DNA of 64,000 bases from a virus. Positions 28,985 through 36,200 of this stretch are shown here, one piece after another (position 1 is the first letter of the stretch; each line of letters starts with the position of its first letter). The DNA is taken from IMG/VR virus record IMGVR_UViG_3300045282_000112, positions 20,384 to 84,383 of that record. One strand, 5' to 3'. Under the pieces are notes generated by a model. It was not told the DNA's origin. It ran no database searches and worked only from the letters and a program-made list of their open reading frames with translations. A program made the position numbers and the translations under genes.

Positions 28985-29268
28985 GCGTGCCCGGCCGTGA
29001 ACGATTGACCTTCCAAGCGTGCGACTTGCAGCTTCAGCATCGCCAGCAGGTCGTCCCTGTCCATGTTGGTGACGACGCTGCAGCGTTCCTCGCCTGCGAG
29101 CGGGTAAGCGACCAGCAGCATGAAGCCAGTGTGCGCGGGACCCCCACGTGGGACCTCGCCGTTGAACATGTCGTCGAGGCTCTCAGCGACGCGCATCAGC
29201 GCATACTGCGCCTTCTCGTCGTCATTGATCCACTGTGATTGGGTTGGGCAATCGTCCATCAAACCCAC
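28981..29268 (-). CDS. Hypothetical phage protein
   Basis: LDDMFNG...GFMLLV...NMDRDD...ARLEG. Confidence 0.65.
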   Translation of the reverse strand: MGLMDDCPTQSQWINDDEKAQYALMRVAESLDDMFNGEVPRGGPAHTGFMLLVAYPLAGEERCSVVTNMDRDDLLAMLKLQVARLEGQSFTAGHA

Positions 29269-29570
29269 CGCCCATCGAGACCTCGCGCCCGCCCGCGAGC
29301 CAAAGACCTGTGCTGACCTTCACTAACGTTCTGGCCGCACGTCGTGATGTAAACATTGCCAAGCGCGTAGGGGCCACTGTCACCTTTCCTTGCCATGACC
29401 AGTTGACCCTTCTTGCAACCGCGCTGGGTGATACCGTCACCCCACACCAACAACCATTCAGCAAAGCTCAGGACGAAGACGATACCTCGCTTCTTCGCGT
29501 TGCGCCGCTGCTCTTTGAACAGGGCGAGCAGCCTGTAGTGCTCGTTCGAGGGAGGGTATCGTTTAGGCAT
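29259..29570 (-). CDS. Putative HNH-like endonuclease
   Basis: NAKKRGI.F.LSF.EW...MARKGDSGPY..GNV.I.T..QN. Confidence 0.6.
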   Translation of the reverse strand: MPKRYPPSNEHYRLLALFKEQRRNAKKRGIVFVLSFAEWLLVWGDGITQRGCKKGQLVMARKGDSGPYALGNVYITTCGQNVSEGQHRSLARGRARGLDGRWV

Positions 29571-29579
29571 AGCTACCGC

Positions 29580-30470
29580 TCACGTCAGGGGGACGATGGA
29601 GCACCGACAATTGGGATGGGCGGGGATCAGGTCCCTCGCTTCTGCCAGCGTATAGCTGTTGCCTTCGTAGTTTTCGCATATGTCGCAGACCTTGTCATCC
29701 CCAACCGTCTCGACCGTGTAAGCCTCGGGCGGGCGGTCACGCTCCTCGGGGAACGATACTGCCTCCGGGTTCTCCTCGGGCAACATGCTTTCCGGCACAC
29801 GATGGTCGGGGTGCGTCTCGGCTTCGACGCCCACCGTCTGGATGCCCAGCTCCTCGTAAGCGTCGAGCTTGCCCGCGTTGTATGCCCGGGTAACGTTGGT
29901 AGATGACAACGCGTTGAGGCGGCTCACCAGCGGGCGGATGACGAAGGGCAGGACCGCCATCGTGTAGAGCAGATGGCGTGAGCGGGTGGCCGCCGCCGCC
30001 AGCGTGTCGTCCTCCTCCAGCTGCTGCTTCATCTCGTCGATCTGGTCGAGGAGCATTGCCTCCAGCTCGGTGCGCGCCTTCAGGATCAGGTCAGTGGTGC
30101 TGTTGGTGAGCGGCAGCACTGGGGCGACTTCCTGCCCCGCCTTGCGCACGCCGCGCGCGTAGGCGGTGCGCAACAGCGTTTCCATGTTGTCGGTGGCGGG
30201 CGTGAACGCGAACTCTGCCTGCCTGAGCAACAGGGTATCTAGCCGTTCGAGCAGTGCCTCGATGTCGCCGGGGTCCACGTCGCCGTAGGAATAGCCGAAC
30301 TGATCCGCTTCCACCAAGGCGGCGTAGGCTTGGCTGCGCCACAGCGCGAGGCTCTGCCGCATGCCGGTCGCCATCCTGCGCCGGATGTCGTTCGACTGCG
30401 TCGGGTCACGCTTCTTCGCCGCATCGCTGAAGGCGTGCGGGTGCACATGCGGGGCCGACGCAGGGAACAA
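29580..30470 (-). CDS. Head morphogenesis protein (MuF/SPP1 gp7-like), no toxin extension; start uncertain
   Basis: RDPT, AYARG, TRAYN.GKLD.Y..LG, TVGDDKVCDIC...IPAHPNCRC. Confidence 0.85.
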   Translation of the reverse strand: MFPASAPHVHPHAFSDAAKKRDPTQSNDIRRRMATGMRQSLALWRSQAYAALVEADQFGYSYGDVDPGDIEALLERLDTLLLRQAEFAFTPATDNMETLLRTAYARGVRKAGQEVAPVLPLTNSTTDLILKARTELEAMLLDQIDEMKQQLEEDDTLAAAATRSRHLLYTMAVLPFVIRPLVSRLNALSSTNVTRAYNAGKLDAYEELGIQTVGVEAETHPDHRVPESMLPEENPEAVSFPEERDRPPEAYTVETVGDDKVCDICENYEGNSYTLAEARDLIPAHPNCRCSIVPLT

Positions 30471-30471
30471 C

Positions 30472-30933
30472 TCAGACCCAATCGTCGGGCATGCGCGCGG
30501 CGGGCGTCTTGTTGTCGATGCGCGGCTCGATGCCGTTGGCAATCTGGATCGGCGGCACCAGCTTGCCCGACGCGATGAGCTTGCCAGCCCCGCTGGCCGC
30601 TCCCCCGATGGCGAAGTGCGTGGCGTAGAACGGTTGCACGATGTCGGTCGGGATGGTGAAGGCAATGACGTTGACCGCTGTCACCATGCCGCCGCCCACC
30701 TTCCAGCCGAGCGGATTGCGCGGCACCAGCACGCGCGCGTAGCCAGTGTAGAAGACCTCGCTGGTCAACTGGTCCTGCACCTGATTGGTGGGCAGGATCG
30801 GGTCGGCCTTGCACAGCGACACGTAGAAGCTGGTGAGCGGCGTGGTCGTGTGGTTGATGGCGATGCCTTGGATGGCGACAGCTTGGAAGAGGAGCTTCAA
30901 GATGTCGTCTTCGAACGGAATGGTCGTGGGCAT
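30472..30933 (-). CDS. Virion structural protein
   Basis: FEDDILKLLF...YVSL..ADP...TSEV.YTGYARV...ATHF.IG. Confidence 0.7.
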   Translation of the reverse strand: MPTTIPFEDDILKLLFQAVAIQGIAINHTTTPLTSFYVSLCKADPILPTNQVQDQLTSEVFYTGYARVLVPRNPLGWKVGGGMVTAVNVIAFTIPTDIVQPFYATHFAIGGAASGAGKLIASGKLVPPIQIANGIEPRIDNKTPAARMPDDWV

Positions 30934-31049
30934 TAGTTCAATCCTTTCAGTTGGATAGTGGGTGGGGACCGCTGGGTTGAGGAGGCAAAAGCGGTCCCCC
31001 GCCGCCACACCGCCCAGTGGGCTGGTGAGGTCCGGCAGCACGGCGGCGT

Positions 31050-31262
31050 TTAGTCGATGGGCGGGCCGACGTAGGTCAACACGTTGTTGCGCATTTCGAA
31101 CAGGGTCCAGTCCTGCAGGTGCTCGGGCAGTTCGCTCTCGTATTCCGGGGTCCACTCCTGCGGCAGGTTACCGACCCAGTTGAAGGCGATGTAGTTCTCG
31201 CGATCCACTGGCAAGCCTGCCTTGACCAGCCACCTCTCGATCCCGTCAGGACTTCCTTGCAT
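31050..31262 (-). CDS. Small acidic protein, candidate antidote/partner of the upstream effector
   Basis: 70 aa, overlaps the stop of the 574-aa gene; GLPVDRENYI...EYESELP. Confidence 0.65.
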   Translation of the reverse strand: MQGSPDGIERWLVKAGLPVDRENYIAFNWVGNLPQEWTPEYESELPEHLQDWTLFEMRNNVLTYVGPPID

Positions 31263-32970
31263 TTGCCCGTTCCCCTATCGCCCACACTGCGTCCAGCACC
31301 TTGTCGTGCGTGATCTTGTCGGCGTTGTAATCCTTCCACAACGCTGCGATCTCCGCATCGTCGGCCTTGTTGAGATTGGCGAACAGGTCGCGCTTCACCA
31401 CCCAGATCACTGCCTGCATCTGGTTGGGCAGCAGCGGCGGCTTCTGCTCGGCGGCCAATTGCCGATACGCCTCGGCGTATATGCCGTAGGTGCCGAAAGC
31501 ACCGTAGCGGTTGCTGTCCTTGGCGGGCTCCCAGCCCTCGGGCTTCACCGACGGGTTGTTGGCGAGACCCTGCGAGACGGCGGGCGCGCCACCCGGGTAG
31601 GGCTGCATCCACGCTGCGCCGATAGCGTGCGTATCCATGGTCACGTCACCGTCGAGCCCGTCGGGGTCGAGGATGTTGTTGTAGAAATTGCGCACCTTGT
31701 GGACTTGGCTGAGCGCCTCGCTGATCTGGATGCGGTCGCCGTTCGCCATCAGCGCCGCCACTGCCGCGCCCGTCGCCTTGGTGTTGTTCCAGCCCGCCTT
31801 CGACTTCGCGCCGACTTCCTCGCCCGTATCCGGGGCGTTGGTGTGGAAGTCGCCGAAGGTGCCGTCGGGATTGTAGATGCGGAAGCCATGCCCGCCGTTC
31901 TGCGCGGGGTCGCCATGCGCCTCCTCGTAGGCGCGTATCCACAGGCCCTTCTCTTCGGCGCTCTCGCACTCAGCCAGCGTCTTGCCCACAATGGACGGCA
32001 GCATCTTCACCATCGGCGGCGTCTTCTTGACCTTGCCGGTCTCCCGCAGCTTCTTCTCGGCGGACTTCGCCTCGTCGCTGACCAGCTTGTCGGCGAACGC
32101 CTGCATGCCGTCGTCCCAAGCATGCTCCTGCTTGGTCATGTAGATGTCGATCAGCTGGTCGCCGAGATATATGTTCTGATCCCAGTCCTTCTGCGGCGAA
32201 AGTGCGGCGTAGACGGCGGCGACACTGGCGTCGTTCAGGCCATACTGCTTGACCTTGTGATCGACGATCTGGCGCGCGCCGCGATACCAGTTGACCGCCG
32301 TAAGCTGCGCTGCCGTGGCCTTGCCGAGCAGGTAGTTCATGTTGGTCTTCATGATGCGGATGGCGTTGTGCGCGATGTCGTTGGCGCTGCCCGTCAGCAT
32401 CTCGGGCCGCATGCCCGGGTAGAAGTCGGGGTTCTTCATCAAGTCCATGTTGGCGCTGAAGCGGCCCTTCGTCGTGCCGTCGGGCAGCTTTACCGGGTCG
32501 TCCTCGGTGCGCTGCATCTGCGCGAGGTCGTTCTGGACGTAGGTGTTGTCGCTGTTCTGCGTCTTGAACTTGGTCGAGGTGACGCTGGGGCTGATCTTGG
32601 CCGGGTGCGACGTGGGCTTGGTGCCGCTGATCCGCTCCTTCGGATAGGAGTGCGTGCCGGTCGCCGTTGCCGTCTTCTTGACCGCCTCGGCCTTTGGTGT
32701 GGCTGCCTTGCGCTCGCTGCCCGCCTTCTCGCTGCTGCCGCCGCTGCTGCCGCCACCCGTCGTCCACTCACCCTGCTCGTTGCGCGGCTCGTCGGGATCG
32801 TAGTCGGCGATGACGTGCTTCGGATGCTCGGCGGGCACGAGGAACAACACCTGACCGTCGGCGAAAGTCACCTTGGCGAGCGCATGGTTCTCACGGCTCG
32901 CGGGGCTCCAATCCGACTTGACGTAGGCAACGGTAGCGCGCCGTCCGTTGATCTCCAGCTGCTCGATCAT
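31246..32970 (-). CDS. 574-aa effector-like protein: small N-domain, tag motif, HhH-GPD glycosylase-like domain
   Basis: ATGA overlap at 32970; NWY.GA...AALSPQKDW..N, KVRNFYNNI, VTMDTHA, AEAYR...QMQAVIW. Confidence 0.7.
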   Translation of the reverse strand: MIEQLEINGRRATVAYVKSDWSPASRENHALAKVTFADGQVLFLVPAEHPKHVIADYDPDEPRNEQGEWTTGGGSSGGSSEKAGSERKAATPKAEAVKKTATATGTHSYPKERISGTKPTSHPAKISPSVTSTKFKTQNSDNTYVQNDLAQMQRTEDDPVKLPDGTTKGRFSANMDLMKNPDFYPGMRPEMLTGSANDIAHNAIRIMKTNMNYLLGKATAAQLTAVNWYRGARQIVDHKVKQYGLNDASVAAVYAALSPQKDWDQNIYLGDQLIDIYMTKQEHAWDDGMQAFADKLVSDEAKSAEKKLRETGKVKKTPPMVKMLPSIVGKTLAECESAEEKGLWIRAYEEAHGDPAQNGGHGFRIYNPDGTFGDFHTNAPDTGEEVGAKSKAGWNNTKATGAAVAALMANGDRIQISEALSQVHKVRNFYNNILDPDGLDGDVTMDTHAIGAAWMQPYPGGAPAVSQGLANNPSVKPEGWEPAKDSNRYGAFGTYGIYAEAYRQLAAEQKPPLLPNQMQAVIWVVKRDLFANLNKADDAEIAALWKDYNADKITHDKVLDAVWAIGERANARKS

Positions 32971-35405
32971 CTCAGGCGGCCTTGCTTTACCAGCTCCTTG
33001 TAGGTCTTCTTCACGTCCCGGTAGTAGCTGTTCCAGCTCGGCGTATGCTTGACGCTGCCCAGCTCGTATTCGAGGCGCGCCATCTCGGCCATGGTCTCGT
33101 GCATGCCCTGCCGTGTGGATGCGCCACTGTGCTTGACGGCGTTCCACCACTCGGTCGAGTAGTCGGTGAGCCCGTCCTCGTCGGCCAGCTTCTGCCAGTT
33201 CAGGTTATGCTTCACGAAGCGTTCGTAGATCGGGAACTGCTTGTCGTAGGGCGGGGCGAGGCTGCCGTCGGGGTGCATCCATCCCTTCCACGGTTTGTCG
33301 GGGTCGGGGCCCGGCTCGTTGACGCCCGGCAGCGCCTTCTGCATGGCCTCGCTCTCTGCCTGCAGCGCGTCCAGCACCTGCTGATACTGGATGTGCATCA
33401 CCTCGTGCGAGGTGACGCCCGCGATGGTGCCCGAGTTCAGCTGGTCGGGGAACATCAGCACGGTGCCACGCTTGTGGCCGCCGGGTGGCTGATCCATCGA
33501 GTAGGCCATGCCCGCCGCCATGTATTCCCGCCCGCCCAGCACGAAGCGCGCGTCGGAAGGCTTGCCGATCATCACCGTCTTCGGGTCTGCCCCCAGCTCC
33601 TCGGCGACGTTGCGCGCCTCGTTCAGCGTGTGGTGCACGCCCATCAGGGTTTCGCGGGATGCCCAGACGTAGGGGTCCTCGCTCATCGGCGGGTTGACGA
33701 CGTAGGCGCGCTGCAGCTTCTCGGCCTCCGACCATGAGGTGACGCGCTCGCCATCTGTCCGCGCGTAGCGCTCGCCGCGCTTGGCGTAGAGGGTGGTGAC
33801 GTGCTCCGGGTCGTAGCTCATCAGCACGATGTCGGGCTCGCCCTTGTTGAATTTGGCGAAGGTCTCCTTATTCCAGCCGTCGGGCTTGAAGGTCTCGTTC
33901 CACGGCAGGCGTGCGGCGGCGCGGAAGCCCGCCTCGGCGTAAGCCTGCGGCAGCACGGTGTCGAAGCAGTCGAGGCGTCGGCCGCCTTGATCGACCGCCA
34001 GCTGCAGCGCCGACAGGGCGAAGTTGTCCACCTTGCTGTCGTGGTGCTTGAACACCGAGACGATGTTGTCGCCGTCGAGCGCGAAGCCAGCCTTGCCGTC
34101 GAGCGTCGTGAACAGCCGCAGCTTGCGATAGTCGTCGGGGTCCTTGATCTCCACCGCCGTGCCGTATTTGGTCGAGGCGGCAGCCGCTGCGATGGCGTCT
34201 TGCAGATCGCGGAAGTCGGTGCCCGAGCGGATCATGCGGGTGTTCAGCTCTTCGAAGTGAGCTGGCGTCGCCTTGTTGGTCTTCAGGTAAGCCTTAAATC
34301 CCGGCGTCGGCCGGAAGATCATGCGCCCACCGCTAGTAATTGCTCTAAAGCTTCTTCCTTTGTAAGGCTTGGATGAGCTGACAGGACTTCGCGGAGGAGC
34401 TGGTGCATACGGGGGGTTAGACCCTGCTCCAGCATGCGCCGTGCCTGTTCCTCCAGTGGCGGCCGATGCTCCTCCTCCTGATCCTGCAGCCGAAGGTGAG
34501 CCCCCGCCGCCCCCGCCGCCTTCTCCGGTCCATTGTCCGCCGCCCTCTTCCCCTGCGGGAACTCGCGGTTGGTCTGGGTCATACGCGTCAATCCTCCTGC
34601 TGTCGCTGCTCGCGGCGGCGACACGCTTTTTCAACTCGGTCCAGTGCAAAGTGACACTGGGCGCGACGCGTATGCCGCGCCCCTGTATAAGTGGGGTGCG
34701 GGCGATCACATCGCCACGGTATACGTTAACAATATCGTCGATTGATACACCGCCGATGACCCCTACCTCGTTTTCTGAGGTGCCCTGCACACGGCGCAGG
34801 CGCTCGTCGACGGGTTGCCGGATGGCGATCACGTAGGCGGGCCGGTCCCAATCGGCCTTCTGCTGCTGCGGCGCGAAGCTGCTGGCGTAGGACGCTGCCA
34901 CGCTCGGGTCAGTGGCGTAGTAGGTCAGGCCCTTCTGCGCCTCGCCGATGTTGTATTCGCCCTTGCTGCGCACCTCCCCCGTCGCTTGGATGGCTTCGAA
35001 CTCGGCCGCCGCCATGCCCCGGTAGATGATACCGGCAGAGCGTGCGCCCGGAAGGTCGCCCTGATGCGGGGCAGTCGGGATCAGCTGGTCATGTTCCATG
35101 TCGACCGGCTTGCCCTCATACTCCAGCACCATCCGCTCGTGGCGGTAGAAGCGTGGGTCGTAGTGACCTATCGTGTCGCGGTTGGCTTGGTAGGGCACCC
35201 GCTTCTCGGGTCCTGCAGGCGTGAAGCCTCCCTCGCCCGAGGTCCACTGCCCCGACGGGTCGCGTGGCTGGTCGGGATCGAAGTCCTGCCACCGCTGCAG
35301 CCGCTGGGGCGGGCTGTAGGGCTCGCAATCGAAATGCGCTACCCAAGCGTCCCGAAAGCGGCTGGCGCGCTCCAGCAGGGCTGCAGGGGGCAGGAAAAGG
35401 CTCAC
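32967..35405 (-). CDS. 812-aa polyvalent protein: ART-like, GNAT-like and zincin metallopeptidase domains
   Basis: GTGA overlap start at 35405; YRGM...TYYATD...ENEVGV; DNIVSVF...GGRRLDCFDT.LP..Y...GF; HEVMH...TDYS...HETMAE. Confidence 0.72.
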   Translation of the reverse strand: MSLFLPPAALLERASRFRDAWVAHFDCEPYSPPQRLQRWQDFDPDQPRDPSGQWTSGEGGFTPAGPEKRVPYQANRDTIGHYDPRFYRHERMVLEYEGKPVDMEHDQLIPTAPHQGDLPGARSAGIIYRGMAAAEFEAIQATGEVRSKGEYNIGEAQKGLTYYATDPSVAASYASSFAPQQQKADWDRPAYVIAIRQPVDERLRRVQGTSENEVGVIGGVSIDDIVNVYRGDVIARTPLIQGRGIRVAPSVTLHWTELKKRVAAASSDSRRIDAYDPDQPRVPAGEEGGGQWTGEGGGGGGGSPSAAGSGGGASAATGGTGTAHAGAGSNPPYAPAPPRSPVSSSKPYKGRSFRAITSGGRMIFRPTPGFKAYLKTNKATPAHFEELNTRMIRSGTDFRDLQDAIAAAAASTKYGTAVEIKDPDDYRKLRLFTTLDGKAGFALDGDNIVSVFKHHDSKVDNFALSALQLAVDQGGRRLDCFDTVLPQAYAEAGFRAAARLPWNETFKPDGWNKETFAKFNKGEPDIVLMSYDPEHVTTLYAKRGERYARTDGERVTSWSEAEKLQRAYVVNPPMSEDPYVWASRETLMGVHHTLNEARNVAEELGADPKTVMIGKPSDARFVLGGREYMAAGMAYSMDQPPGGHKRGTVLMFPDQLNSGTIAGVTSHEVMHIQYQQVLDALQAESEAMQKALPGVNEPGPDPDKPWKGWMHPDGSLAPPYDKQFPIYERFVKHNLNWQKLADEDGLTDYSTEWWNAVKHSGASTRQGMHETMAEMARLEYELGSVKHTPSWNSYYRDVKKTYKELVKQGRLR
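34319..34582 (-). CDS. Nested out-of-frame small gene (87 aa) inside the polyvalent-protein linker
   Basis: AGGAGG 10 nt before ATG; helical C-terminus LLREVLSAHPSLTKEEALEQLLAVGA; stop overlaps an in-frame ATG of the host gene. Confidence 0.6.
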   Translation of the reverse strand: MTQTNREFPQGKRAADNGPEKAAGAAGAHLRLQDQEEEHRPPLEEQARRMLEQGLTPRMHQLLREVLSAHPSLTKEEALEQLLAVGA

Positions 35406-36166
35406 AGAGCGAACAGCTCCTCCCACATCGCCTGCGCGTTGGCGAGCGCTTGCGTGGCAGTAGGCCCGCTGCCGAGGCACCTGCCAGTGTGCATGGCCAC
35501 GAAGCTCTCGGCTTCGAACTGCTCGCGGCTGTCCATGGCGTAGGGTGAAACGGCGTCCTTGTCGGCGTAGCGGGCGACGATGGCGTCAACCACATCGGGC
35601 CCGTGCGCGGTGCGCAGCTCCTGCATGAGGATGTGCCCGAACTGGTGCAGGAGCGTGCCGTCGGCGCTGCTGTCGACCATCAGGCCCTTCCACTCACGCT
35701 CGTGTGCAGCGAGCTGGTCGGGGTGCCACTGGCGGGCGTTGAGGATAAGCTTGCCGTCGCCCGCCAGAACGAACTCGCGGTCGCCGAGGTCGCGCATCTC
35801 GACCTTGATGGGGCTGTCGATCAACGGGGAATAGTCCTCCGCGAGCTGGTCCATGGCGTCCTTGGCGTTGAGCTTGGCCTCGGTCTGCTTCATGCGGTAG
35901 CTGTAGCTCGGGCTGCCGTCCGGTCGCACGTCCTCCTCTTCGCCTGCGTCGTCGGGTTCCACGTCCCATTCGAGCAGGTTGTGCATGGGCATGGCGAGGT
36001 CGGAGGCGTTGAACGCGCTCTCCGGGCCCCATGTGCCCGTGCGGTTCGACCATGCGCTGATGACAGTGGTCTCTGGATTGCGCACCTCGGCGGCGCGGAA
36101 CTGCTCGCCCTGCGGGGAGGTGACGTTGTAAACCCGCCGTGCGTTGGGCGGTCTGTCGGCGGCCAT
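35402..36166 (-). CDS. Protein with N-terminal acidic domain and degenerate zincin (HQFGH)
   Basis: AAGGA RBS; LILN, TLLHQFGH, VSPYA...QFEAESF. Confidence 0.7.
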   Translation of the reverse strand: MAADRPPNARRVYNVTSPQGEQFRAAEVRNPETTVISAWSNRTGTWGPESAFNASDLAMPMHNLLEWDVEPDDAGEEEDVRPDGSPSYSYRMKQTEAKLNAKDAMDQLAEDYSPLIDSPIKVEMRDLGDREFVLAGDGKLILNARQWHPDQLAAHEREWKGLMVDSSADGTLLHQFGHILMQELRTAHGPDVVDAIVARYADKDAVSPYAMDSREQFEAESFVAMHTGRCLGSGPTATQALANAQAMWEELFAL

Positions 36167-36200
36167 TAGTTGTCCTTACAAATCGTTTGTATATGGTGCC

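Noticed and set aside
31970-32771. Alternative-frame ORFs inside the 574-aa effector gene as further nested genes
   Set aside because: Arg-rich frame-shadow composition, no SD, and normal codon bias in the main frame.
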